Part shown: positions 1-12,241 of the stretch, piece after piece
Layout of the letters: each line of letters opens with the position of its first letter
How positions within the stretch are numbered: position 1 is the first letter of the stretch
NCBI GenBank assembly: GCA_964247055.1
Contig: OZ176052.1
Location: 3,658,001 to 3,722,000, forward strand
DNA length: 64,000 nt
Direction of reading: 5' to 3'
Source of the DNA: Paragordius varius
Taxonomy: Eukaryota; Animalia; Nematomorpha
Program-made: the position numbers and the translations under genes
Notes under the pieces: model-generated
Told to the model about the DNA's origin: nothing
Databases searched by the model: none
What the model saw: the letters and a program-made list of their open reading frames with translations, nothing else

Positions 1-277
1 TCCGTAGACTTGGCTACTACGGTCACATTCAAAGATTAGATAATGATAATTGGATTAAAAATATAACAATCCTTAAGCCAAACGAACAAAACACAGTTGG
101 TCGTCCAGCAATAACATGGGACAAAAACATTACCCAATACCTACAGGCCAAAAACATAAAAGCCGGAGACTGGTTAAACAAAAAATCCTTCAATGCAATA
201 ATCAAACACCTAAACCCGTCACGACGGGATGCCAAGGGACCCCTTGACAACAGCTATCTATCTATCTATCTATCTAT
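1..277 (+). mobile_element. 3' end of an RTE-like non-LTR retrotransposon (LINE), cut by the window start, ending in a (CTAT)n tail
   Basis: Frame +3 from base 3 reads RRLGYYGHIQRLDNDNWIKNITILKPNEQNTVGRPAITWDKNI. This matches the RRLxW/YxGHxxR...W.K...GRP..TW motif at the C-terminus of RTE/CR1-type ORF2. It is followed by a tandem microsatellite tail, as is typical of RTE elements. The frame is absent from the ORF track because it has no start codon. Confidence 0.75.
254..277 (+). repeat. (CTAT)6 microsatellite, probable LINE 3' tail
   Basis: Six perfect CTAT units at 254-277. Confidence 0.95.
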
Positions 278-324
278 TCATATAAAATTTAAGTATATGT
301 CTGATTGTTTATTAATTATATTTA

Positions 325-3300
325 TTACCTCATAAGATTACTACTAGACATGGTATTGCTGGTTTGATTTGCTCTCAACAACTCAAGTTGATCATTTGAT
401 TCCTCCTCCTCTTCTTCTCCCACTGTATCGTCTGCGTCATCATCATCTTCATCTTCCTCTTGTTCTTCCGGGCTTTCAAACGTTTCCGTTGCCATGACAA
501 CGGACGGTTGGCCATGGCGACGACCCACAGATACAGCTGTTGTTTGTTGTTGGGGAGTTGGATTGAGCGCTAACAAAGGTGAGGGTCGAAATAGGGCGGA
601 AACCTTGAGCCATTAAAAAATATAATTTTTACATGTAAAGACTTTTCCCAATAAAAGTCGAAAGCTACTAATATCTAATTTTATGAAACAAGCTTTATTT
701 TATGTTTTACATATTATTATATTGTTTAATAATGCAAAATTCTGACAAAATTTTAATTTTGATGCAAAACATTTTATTAAAATTCTAAGAATTGGAAACT
801 AAATGGAGCTATAGCTAAAAGTAAACGATATCATAAACTCACGTATTTTCGCACTTGTGAAGCGACACAAACATAGTTTAAATAACACATATCGTCACAA
901 TTCGTTATTGGTGTCTTTTTTTAATTTGTTATGTTTGATAAATTTTAATCAGCAAATTTACATTTAAAAATTTAATTATTGTTAATAATATTGAAATGTA
1001 CTCATTAAATAATCAAAGAATTAAGTTGTACCAATGAGTGCCTATTTATCATTTAAAATTCATTTTAAAAATTATTTATACAGCTAATTTTTCAACATAT
1101 GCAAACTTAATATTGAATAAAGAATTAAGGTTTTTTAATTAAAAATTTATATATAAAACTAATCGCAAATTTAAATAAATCAGTGTTTAAATATTGAAAA
1201 TATAAAGCCAAAACACAAAAACTAAAAGACAAATACGTTTTATAAGATTCAAATTTTTCACTTGATTATATATATATATATATATATATCCATATATCTC
1301 ATAATCGTAATCATACAGGTTATAAAGAAAAAATCAATGGTTTAAGAGAGTATCTTTAAAAAAAATTTGTCTTTTAGTTTCTATTTGTTGTCTCAAATAA
1401 ATTGTAGTACCTGAGCTCCAACTAACAATCGATTATTGCCACGAATACCAAAACCGGGGGGCAAGTTAGCCCCAATCAAGGCATAGGGGTGCAATTCGTG
1501 ATGATGGGCAGAAAATGAGGCAGATCGTGATGCAACATTTACATTTGATGGATTACCTATAGTTGTTTTTTCGATAAGTTTGATAAGGGATATTTACCAT
1601 TTACAATTCAAATTCACCCCAAAAATAAATTATGTGTTTTCGCACTAATATAACTCATTATTAATATGAAATATAGCTTTATGGCATATTTTATTATTTT
1701 TTCAGTATTATTTTAATTGACACAAAATTTTTATTTTTTAAAATTATATTAAAATATAGGTATTTTTTAATAAAATCATAATTTGAAATGAGGGTGAATC
1801 GAATTGTTCGAGGGTGAATTTGAATTGTTCAAGGGTGAATTTGAATTGTATAAGGGTAAATTTGAATTGTAAATGGTATAATAAAAATGTGGAAAAATTA
1901 GAAAAATTCACATTTTAAACACCTATAGTTGTTAGTTTGAATAGTAATTAAAAATGTCCATAGATTGTATTTAGGACACAAATTAAATATGATTTAAGTT
2001 TATGGCAATAACATATTTCAACGTATATTAGACTAATTTAATACATGTAATTACACAGCTTTAACAAAAAAATAATCTGATAAAAGATATATTCTGATAG
2101 GAAGATGTATCTGGTATCGCGTTGCTTTTAGTTTTAGCCCTTACGACTGATTTAATAAAGTTATCGATACTTTTGGGGCAAGTGCTCTATATCAGAAAAT
2201 GGGAAAATTGAGCATATTTTTTTAAATAGAGGTATAATTCCAAAAAACACATAAAATGCAAAACAATATTTTCAAAAAAAATTAACTTTTAGTGGACAGC
2301 AAAAGTACCAAATTTTTTGCCCTTCTAAAATAGGATAGTGTTTTTAAAATAAACTCAAAAATGCTGGGATTGCGCAGTAAAAAATGCTAAATTTTTATAT
2401 CTAGTAAAAATATTTTAAATATATATACATTTTTGCCAAGAATTTAATTTTCAGCGAAATTTTGTTCGGTCAAACTATATTAACACATGATGGAAACGGA
2501 ATAATAACGCTAAGATATTATAAAAACACTTTTCTATATTCGATGGTGCAAACATTTGTATCACCTTACTATATTAAAATCACTCGTTAGTTTTCAAATT
2601 TATGTTAAAGAAAAAAGGTGTTTTTTAAAAATGCACCAAACTTTTAGGCAAACAAACCTTCGAATTAAAATGAAGCGATAGAAATGTTTAGCATCATCAA
2701 ATTATATAGAACAAGTGTTTTTATAATATCTTAAAGCGTTATTAAACCGTTTCCATGATGACTTAAAATACAAGGGAGGTAAGCTTCAACAAAATTTTGC
2801 TAAAAATTAAATTTTTGAAAAAAGATTTTTAGTTGATATCAAAATTTAGCATATATTTATAAATTAATTCGCGCAATGGTATTTTTGGATTATTTTAAAA
2901 GAACTAGTTCATTTTAGAAGAGCAAAATTTGGTAATTTCGGGGACTACATCAAAATTTAAAATTTCTAAAAATATTGTTTTGCTATTTATATCTAGTTTT
3001 TTTATATATTTTAGTGTTTTATTTTGGAATGGAGCAAGCATCGATCTTTACACCAAAAAATGTAATTTAAAAAATTGTGCACAAATTTTCCCATTTTCTG
3101 ATATGGAGCACTTATCACAAAAATATAAATAACTTTTTTATATTACTCGTAAGGGTCAAAACCAAAAGAACTATGATAATCCTGATACATTTTCCTATAA
3201 TATAGTATATATATAAATATATATATTATCAGGTTATTTTTATACCCACTCCCCTAGTTTTGGATTGGTTAATTAATTTTTGTCATCATTAACCACCATT

Positions 3301-4973
3301 ATGATAACATTTACAAATATTAAATTATATATTTAGATGTTAACATATAATATGTGCAAATTAATTACAAAGCTTCTGCATACATAATTACACTACAAGT
3401 AAAAAATCTTGCTAGTTTGGCATTATATAATGCCGAGATATCATATATAGTAAAGAGCAATAATATAGGCTAATAGCAAATAAAGCTAAAAAATAACTTT
3501 TAAAACAATATGTCACCCACTATAGATGCTATCTGGTGATATAAAAAAATTACTCACACTGTATATACCCACATACAGTCTGCACATTTATGTTGGCCAA
3601 TTCACATTATTTATTGCCGATTGGTAATACAGTAGCGTATGTATGATATTAAACAAACTTTGCCCATAATTAAATAAACGAATTTAATGTTGTAATAAGA
3701 TAGCAAATTCTTTAAACTCATTTTCAACCATATGTTGTTTTTTATCCATATGCTGCTGCTGTATTTCTATTTGGTCAAAGACAATGTGAATTGGACAACA
3801 TATGTGTGCATAAAATATAAATTAACTATTTGGCCTCTAAAAAACCCTAAACTAATTTAACAAAAAGGGTTAGTTAACCTCCTCCTCCCCCACGCCTTAT
3901 TACAGATCTTACAGGTACTAGCTGTTGACCCGAGGTAGGGAATGAACCAGTCGCAGTAAAAACTCCTGGAGATGAACCTGTGTGAACAGAAGCCATCGAA
4001 GAACGGGATAATTGAATTCCCCCACCTCTGGTCATTTCATCAACTTCCATGCGTTCCAATGGGACGGTTACACTATGTAACAGGCTTAGGACAGATGAAG
4101 AAGGAGGATGATTCGTATAATGGGTCGTGTTGGTTGAAGCGTTTTGTCTAGATAAACATACATACATACATAAAAATATGATTATTATAGGCTTAATTTG
4201 TAGTTTGTATGATAAATTAATAATTTTATCCCCTATATGTACGCGTTTGTGCCATCATCATTATTTATATTCTAAAATGAGTTCACTGCAGTCATTATTT
4301 TACCACATGTTTTAACAATAAAAAGAGTGAAACATACCTGGATCTTTGTACCCAAGATTTAAATTTATACAAAAATTCACAAGTTTTTATATAATTTTAG
4401 CTGAAAAACATAACAATTTCAGTTAATAAGCAAATTGTATGTAATAAGCTTAGGACAGAGGACGATTATAATGGGTGATGTTAAATAAAGCGTTTTATCT
4501 TTAATCCACTATATAGAGTGTGAGTTGATAGATTGGTTTTTTTAATTATTGACAGACACTCATTAAAATGGATTGTCGATTAAAATGATAAAAAAGGAAA
4601 AACAAAATATGTATTAAGCCAATTTGTTTTTTCAAGTGTTATCTGGCAATATTTGATGAAAACTAGCAATATATATTAATTTCACTCCATATTTTCCATA
4701 TATACAATCATATGTTTTAAGAAAATAAAGAGTGCGGATATCCATATCATATTGTATCAAACAAGATAAAATTGTTGAAACTACAAAATTGTCACCTATT
4801 AAAACTTAAAATTTTATTCAAGTTACCATAAAATATCAGGTAAAATGCCCAATGGGTAATTTTTTCTATTAGGACAAATTATAAGGAACTACAATTGCTT
4901 TAAAATGCAAAAGTTGGATATATATACAAAATTTAAAACGTGTCTTAATGTACTGCTTCGGCGGTACATATAA

Positions 4974-5005
<32 letters not shown>

Positions 5006-8000
5006 GGCCCCTGCGCAAGGATGACACGCAAAATCGTGAAGCGTTCCTAATTTTTTTAGCTTACTGACTGACCGACTTATTTTGACTTTTAATTTTTTAG
5101 CATTATTTTATCAAGGCAAATTTGATTGCTTTATTTATTTTGAGTAAAATGATGCTGTGTGAATATTGCCGCAGTTTGATCACTAATTTTTTCTTTTCAA
5201 AGTATTCGACCCTGTTTTTTATATATAAAGATCGAAGCGCTAAATTGTTAAATTTTAGTTCTCAGGCTTGGGAATTTCAAGTTTTCAACGTATTATTGTT
5301 ATATCAATGGTAAAAGCATTATAAAAACCTAACTAGTGATAAATAAATTAATGTTAGTCAATAGGTTTGCAAGTCCAAAGAGTTAGATATAGTGAAGCAT
5401 GGATGGTGAGCTAAAATAATTGGTGAAGAAAAGATGATAAATAAGTAATGGAGGTCTTCTAAAGGCATTGAAGAAAAAAATTATTATAAAGCAAATTAAA
5501 AGGAAACAATAAGAATTTGTTCAATGTTAACACAGTAATTAGGGGACTGATGCGGTTTATATAGCATAGCATAATGTCAATGTCAGGGCATGTATGTGTT
5601 GATTGAAAAATGACACAATTTTTGACCAATATATGAAATACGCTGAAGTATTATATTAGTTTAAAGAAGGATGCAACAACAGGAATAAGTATTTGACGAA
5701 AAATAACTAACAAAAACGTTACCGGACCAAACAATAAACATAAAATAATGAGTTGACTGATGTATTAAATAGCACTAATCGGCCATATCTGTATTTTAAA
5801 TGGCTAAAACAATATTTAATTTATATGTGTGTTAACACGTATGAGATTTTTCATTTTCTTATTTTAACAACTGTATTTTTCTCCACAGTTATCAAAAATG
5901 TAACTAATAAAACAAAAATTTCATGACAACTGCATCTATAATACAATACTACCATATTAGCTATTTACAATACAAGATAAGGACTAACTATATATTGTAT
6001 TTCAATTAATTAATATCAAAACTTAAGCGAATAGAGACATTGTAACAAACACAGTACCTTTAGAAAGGAAATACAAAATTAGGTATTTGGAAAATCTCTC
6101 AATATGAACAGGTAAATAAAATTTTGGGAATGCAAAAGGGTTAAATGATTGTTTGGAGAAGCTATGTATAGTGCATAGAAAATAGAGAAAAGTCTTGTTT
6201 CGGTTAGAGGGAATATGTGCGTCCATTGTATTGTCGTTAATTTGGATGGATGATTTATATGGTATAACTTTTATATGATGCCCTTGACCCTATTACCTGA
6301 CAATTTGCTATTAATAAAACTGGTTGAAAATATATGCTATTGTGTGTATAAAAACAGGCGGAAAACATGACTTATGGTTTTTGGCCAGGCACGTGTCATG
6401 GAACAATAGTCGCTATAATTGTCATTTTTTAGATGCGGCATGTGGTACGCGTAATAGATTATATAAATTTTAAGTAAAGTGAATTTAATTGAATGGGAAG
6501 TTAGGGGTGTGCTACTATGATTCAACCAACATGAATATTTTACAAACATAGTCGGTCAGAAAATTAATGTGTTCGAATAACATAAATAAAAATGCTTAGA
6601 ATGATGAAAAACAAAAGTTGGGAAAAAAATATAATAAAAAGTAAGTAGTGTTTAAACACAATGAGATTGTTTGGGGACATATACAGAGAATACAACAATC
6701 TAAATGGATTGCTAACATATTTAAAGTCAACTATGAAGTGACCACGAATCGTTGTTGATAACATTAAAAATATGTCTTGAAAACTCTGAATTAAACAGAT
6801 CTAGCGTTTAGTTCGGCTAATGTTCGGTGGAAATTAAAAAACGACGGACTTAAGTTTAAATGATTCCCAGAGAAAATTTTAGATTTCAAGAATGATCACT
6901 AACATGCCATGAATTAATTATCATTTTTATATATAAGAGTTATTTGTTATATTGATAGTTGTTCAAAATATTTTATATATGTATAAGCGGGAAACAGTCG
7001 ATTTCAAGCATTGACACCTATAAACTTGACGTTGTTCACAACCCCCGAGCGCTATTTATATAACCTGTTACATTTATCCATGATGTTATATAATTAAAGC
7101 GTAAAAAAATATATTTTTAAATGATAAAAAATTATTATCTGTTTTGCCGTAAACATTTTATTTTCACAAAAACTGGAATATTGTTTTTAAATAAAAACTA
7201 AAAACGTTACAATGGTATAATCATTATAGAGATAAATTTTCAACAACTTTTGATTTAAAAAACTGTAAATATAGTACCATTAAATAATATAAACGGTTAA
7301 AGGACTGTTTATCGGACCTATAATTTTAAAATTCGAACATTTTTATTAACCTTAAACCTTGATTATTTGAAAACAGTAGTGTTTAAATTTATAAAAACAA
7401 TAAAAAAACAAAAGACTTATATCCGTACCTTTTACTAAAAATAATGTTTTAAGTTATAAAGAATTGAGATATAAACCAATGACACACCCTCATTTCTATA
7501 TTTTACAAATAGTAATCTCAAACAAGGCTTTCTTTATGTGATTCAGGAATATTGTTTTTATCTGTTAATGTTTTTATAAGTTTATTAACTAAAATTACTA
7601 CCTTCCACCACTTTGTGTTACAAGTATTTGTGGTCGAACCGAAGTTGATGAAACATTAACCGTATTATTTTCGTTATTGCTGTCAATATTGGGATTGTTT
7701 TCTTGAGTGACCCTAATATTGATCCGATTATTATTATTGTTATTGCTATTATTGGCATTTCGGCGGACAGGTGCTGGGGTTTCATCAAATCCTTCGCTTT
7801 CTGTTATAAGGGCCCGTTCCAAAATAACTTTTCCCTCTTTATATCTATTGCAAAAAAAGTTTATTTGTTTAGAAAAAAAATGCAATATTGGTTAATTCCA
7901 TTATGGAATGCTTGAAATATTGATGACGTGAATATAATGCATTAATAACTTAATATTATGCTCCCATATTATATATGATTTATCCAAAAGTTTTTTAAGT

Positions 8001-8723
8001 ACATGTGTTTTAAATGATTTACATTAACGTTTTTTTTTATTATCTAATCTCAAATACATATATCAATGATAATACATTTACATCATAATTAAAGATTTTT
8101 AGCACCTACCCGATGATTAAATATTTGGGTGTTTATTATAAAACATACATTGCAACAAAGAAATTTTTAAACAGAAACTTTAAAAATGTCCTAGATAGTG
8201 CAGAGTTTTGCAAAATTGTGACTTAAACCTCTGATTCTCTTCAGTAGCAAATTCATACATCCAACCGACCTTGACCTCGCAATTTTTGCAAGTAACATCG
8301 CGTACAATATGACGGCCTGTTAACATAACTCGGTCTTGTACTTCACTGAAATTAAGATTTACTGCCTATTCAATCATGCATAAATACATTATTTATATAA
8401 ACAAAAAATATTTTTTAAGCAGCGCAACACCTATTATAAATGTAAACAAAAGATAATGTGTTTTAATGTACAATATGGTAAAAACATCCCTCATTACCAT
8501 GGCAACGAATATATATTAGGAATAAAACTAATATAAAAAGATTACATATTATTATAAAAAGAATACATGGATTATTCTATACCTTATTGAATAAAAACGC
8601 CCTTCCAGTCGCTCCAGTAAATCGCGTTGATATCAATTCTGACCGATTTGTCAAAATTGTGTCACAACTTGCGCATGAAAAAAGACGCGTTCCTCCAATA
8701 TGTCCCAAAAATATTCGGCCCAT
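325..8723 (-). CDS. YPEL5: Yippee-like protein 5 (CTLH/GID E3 ligase-associated) with long low-complexity C-terminal extension, ~404 aa
   Basis: Exons 8723-8583, 8365-8229, 7844-7602, 4147-3879, 1556-1411 and 603-325. All introns are GT-AG with consistent phases (0,2,2,1,0), giving 1215 nt. The N-terminus [112 protein letters not shown] is near-identical to YPEL5 as I recall it, with both CxxC pairs. The last exon may instead splice at the GTAATA at 328. Confidence 0.9.
1597..1876. mobile_element. ~280-bp MITE with TA flanks (Tc1/mariner-type target)
   Basis: Terminal inverted repeats CCATTTACAATTCAAATTCACCC ... GGGTGAATTTGAATTGTAAATGG, with TA on both sides. The right arm carries about four tandem ~21-bp units (AGGGTGAATTTGAATTGTTCA). 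A related copy lies at 63553-63802. Confidence 0.8.
2054..3250. mobile_element. Foldback-like MITE family A (long inverted arms)
   Basis: Starts TA-CACAGC...AAAAAAATAA like the copy at 9375. AAGTGCTCTATATCAGAAAATGGGAAAATT (~2180) is inverted as AATTTTCCCATTTTCTGATATGGAGCACTT (~3085-3115). A second internal inverted pair lies at ~2490-2555 and ~2685-2760. The right boundary is approximate. Confidence 0.7.
3581..3810. mobile_element. ~230-bp MITE-like repeat with 28-bp imperfect terminal inverted repeats
   Basis: TGCACATTTATGTTGGCCAATTCACATT (3581-3608) against AATGTGAATTGGACAACATATGTGTGCA (3783-3810). The internal ATTGGTAATACAGTAGCGTATG recurs at ~37222. Confidence 0.65.
4880..4930 (+). promoter_or_regulatory. 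U6 (Pol III type 3) upstream promoter: TATA box, probable PSE region
   Basis: TATATATA at 4919-4926 lies at -31 to -24 from the U6 +1 G. A PSE is expected at about -65 to -45 by position only; I recognised no motif. Confidence 0.55.
4950..5057 (+). ncRNA. U6: U6 spliceosomal snRNA
   Basis: GTACTGC-TTCG-GCGGTAC 5' stem-loop, intact ACAGAGA box, AGC triad, ISL GGCCCCTGCGCAAGGATGAC, 3' CGTGAAGCGTTCC and a T7 Pol III terminator at 5051-5057. Confidence 0.97.
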
Positions 8724-9374
8724 AAGATACTTGGGACTTTTATCAAAATATTTTAAAATATAAAAATTGTTGGCAAATTATTACAGCATCAGATTATTAA
8801 ATGATTGTAACAACTTTGGTATGAGAGCCAGATGGCAGGACAAAAGCAATTGATAAAATACAAATTAATTTATAAATTTTTAAAAGAGAAACGAATTATA
8901 CGATAACTTTATTATTTAATAGTAAAATTAATAGCTTATATAAAAATAGATGTTGTGGAGAATAAGATAAAATCCCTTTATCTTTAAACATTACGGTTAT
9001 AAAGCACTTTGATTGCAAATCATGTGTATTATATGTTATTTGAAACATATTGGGCTTGACGATCCTAACCTTTTAAAAAAATTTTATAGATATTGAGATA
9101 AAATTAAATTTTTTACCTAATTTAATCGAAATATAAAATATTTATTTGAAATGACTTTATAAATAACCAGCTCAAAATTTTAATAAAAAGATATTGATGA
9201 TGTTAACCATTTATTTGTAAATACTTCATTACCTTTTTATTTTTTGTCATATTCGAGTAGTTTTATAGATCTCAATTATGTAAAACTACAGTTAAAAAAG
9301 TTATTTTTGTTTAAATTCAATTATTAAAATGCAAGTCAAGTCAAAAAAAATTTTTATCACCCCACCCTATATTA

Positions 9375-10326
9375 CACAGTGTACAAAAAAATAACCATTA
9401 TATATATATATATATATAGATATTCAAATAGAATGTAATTATCATGACTGTTTTGGCCTTTACAAGTGATTTAAAGTTTTTTACACTTCTGTGGTAAGTG
9501 CTCCATATTGGAAAATGGCATTTGCGCACATTTTTGTAAATGAATTTTTGGTGAAAGCAAATTTATTATATATTTTAAACTATATATAAAAAGCAAAACT
9601 TTTTAAAAATATTTAATTTTTTTTGTAATCTCCGAAAATCCTAATTTTTTCCGCTCTTTTAAAATGGGCTAATCGTCTTAAAATAGATAATTTTGTCAAA
9701 ATAAAAGATTTTAAAAATGCATTCTTTTTGGAAAATTTAATTTTAGCAAATTTCGAAGAGAACATTATGCTATTTTGCGGCATCTCATAATTTTGATTAA
9801 AATATTCGTTCGTCCAATGTCAAATAATTGGATTTTTCACAAAATACCAAAATTGCAAATCAAATGAATTTTAAAATTTATATTTTGAGGTGATAAAAAT
9901 GTTTAGCATCATAGAATTATAATAACAAAATTTTAAGCGTTTTTATACCGTTTCCATTGAATCAAAATAGTATGAAGTACGCTTCAGCAAAATTCTCAAA
10001 AGACATGCATTCTTTAAGAATATTTTTGGTAGCTATCAAAATTTAGCATATCTTTAAAGTTTTTATCGCGCAATATCGCAATTTTGCGTTTATTTTTAGG
10101 AGAACTACCCCATATTAGAAGAGCAAAAAAATTTGGGACTTTCGGAGCCCACATCTAAAAAATATTTACGAAAAATGTGCTAAAATTTTCCCATTTTATG
10201 ATATGGAGCACTTACGACAAAAGTGGAATAACTTTCTTATGTTACTCGTAAGTCCCAAAACCAAAATCGTGATACCTTTTTCTACCAGAATATATATTTC
10301 ATCCTGATCTTTTTGTGTACACCGTG
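9375..10326. mobile_element. Foldback-like MITE family A, complete copy with TA flanks
   Basis: TA-CACAGTGTACAAAAAA ... TTTTTGTGTACACCGTG-TA. Long inverted arms contain AAGTGCTCCATAT and ATATGGAGCACTT. Homologous to 2054-3250. Confidence 0.8.
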
Positions 10327-10844
10327 TATATCAACGATGAAATCTTTGTAATTTATTATGTCTGCGTTGGTCGGAAAATTGGGTAGTACACTTTTTGGGC
10401 CTACAAGTGCTATAATATAATTAATTACACTCTTGTGGTTGCTCTATATTTAAAAATCGCATAATTAGCTTAAAGAATGTTAAATATAAATATTTTGGTA
10501 AAATCTAGATGTCATTAAATATAATTAATATATATCAAATAGTTAAAAAGCAAAACAATTTTCGATGATGTGGACTTTCATAGTCTCAAACTTTTAACCA
10601 ATTATCAAATAGTCTAGTTATTGTATAAACGCAAAAAAGTTGAGCTTTTGTGATAATACTTTACAAGATGAGGTAGATTATGACAGCGAAAACTTTTGTA
10701 AAAAAATTTAATTTATAGCGAAAGGTTGTTGAAACAATTTCCTTAATATTTTGTAGGATGGAAACCTTATACTTTTATATTTTTTAACAGGTTTTTATAT
10801 TTATTTCAATGGTACAGATCATTCTATTTCATGATTTGGATTAA

Positions 10845-11426
10845 CACTTGGATACAACACACTCATTTTAGTCCTTCGATTCAAATTGGGGTAGTTGGAT
10901 ACCCCAGGCCTGTTTAAAATCAAATAGTTTTAAAAGTATGGAAGCAATCTAAACCATGGCAAAATTATGCACTAATATAACATTAATAAACCGAAATATA
11001 TAAAAAATTTTATTCAAAAATACTTGATATTACTTATTTTGAGCTAAAACTGAAAGGTAAAAATTTAGTCAACGTGACATGTGTCAAATTGCAAAATTAA
11101 AAAATAATACAAAATAAACCGCTTTTTCTATTTTTTTCAATGTTAGATGTAATTTATATAAAAAACAAGCTTCAGTTTTACCCTTAAAATTAAATGAGGA
11201 CGATATTTTGCAAAATTTTTGTAAAATAAAAATGGCGTCGAAGTAGTTTGAGGTGGAACTTTTTTTTCTAAACAAAATTTTACCAAGATATTTTGGCATA
11301 TTTGTATAATATTTATTAGGATAGAAGCATAAATTTAAATTGGGACCGTTTCCTTCAGTAGTTTTTTAAAAATTTTAATTTAAATTTAGTCTGGGGTATT
11401 TAGATACCCCAATTTGAATCGAAGTG
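10845..11426. mobile_element. TTAA-flanked (piggyBac-type) MITE
   Basis: TTAA at 10841-10844 and 11427-11430. Inverted pair CTTCGATTCAAATTGGGGTAGTTGGATACCCCAG / CTGGGGTATTTAGATACCCCAATTTGAATCGAAG. A related copy lies at 54675-55145. Confidence 0.7.
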
Positions 11427-11439
11427 TTAAAATCTTCAA

Positions 11440-11995
11440 ATTTATGTTAATTATATATTGTGTTTTTTTAAAAAATTACCCGAGGTGTAAAAAAACCAAC
11501 GTTTTATAATTCTAAAATAATAGAAATGTTCAGCATCCTCAAATTATAAAGAAAATAAATTTATATCTTATAGTGTTTTATATCGCTTTGGTGCTGCTTA
11601 AAGTACGCTTTAACAAAATTTTGCTAAAATTAAAATTTTAATAATATAAATTTTTCAAATTATTTTTGAATCATAATATACCACATAAAAGTTCTTATCG
11701 CCCATTTGGAAGGTGGCCAAAATTTTAAGACTTTAGCCCATATCCAAAAATTTAAAATATTTCTTTGCTTTTTAAATAAAATACAATATATATATATAAA
11801 TGATATTTTTTGGATTGAAGCTTTTAGCTTACCAAAAAAATTTATCATTGCGCTAATTTTGCGATTTTACAATATATAACAATTCCAATAAAGTGTCAGT
11901 TTTCTAATATCAGTAGGAAGGTCTTAATCCAAAAGCCTCATGAGAATCCTGATACATTTATCTATCAGAATATATATTATCAGGATATTTTAAAC
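11440..11995. mobile_element. Partial copy (right half) of MITE family A
   Basis: Shares AGAAATGTTxAGCATC..CAAATTAT, CAAAATTTTGCTAAAATTAAA and ATCCTGATACATTT...TATATTATCAGG with 2680-3240. Boundaries are approximate. Confidence 0.6.
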
Positions 11996-12241
11996 TATTT
12001 GCTAAAATGTAAGCTAGTGGTTGTTTTCAAATAATTTAATATAAAAAAATGTACAAAATCAGGGGTATCTTAACATATTATAAGTTCGATGATGGAAAAA
12101 TTATTGCAAAGATGCTCTTTCGGGACTTCTTTACCTTTTCATTGTAAAACAATTGTTTTAATTGGATAATTTAATTGTTAAACCTAGCTCTCCTGTAATT
12201 TGAATAAAAAGTCTATATTTACAGTTTTTTAACTTCTAGAG

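Noticed and set aside
29-250. 73-aa minus-strand ORF from the track
   Set aside because: It is the antisense shadow of the LINE C-terminal frame on the plus strand.
1791-1870. Tandem ~21-bp repeats as a possible CRISPR array
   Set aside because: The units are contiguous with no unique spacers, lie inside a MITE arm, and the context is eukaryotic with no cas genes.
5400-6300. Possible degenerate LINE in YPEL5 intron 3, including ORF 6023-6226
   Set aside because: There is only a vague resemblance to RT C-terminal sequence (IQINDN...KTFL). I found no diagnostic motif, so it is not called.
7703-7915. Plus-strand hydrophobic ORFs ([19 protein letters not shown]) resembling signal peptides
   Set aside because: They are the reverse complement of the poly-Asn codons of YPEL5 exon 3.
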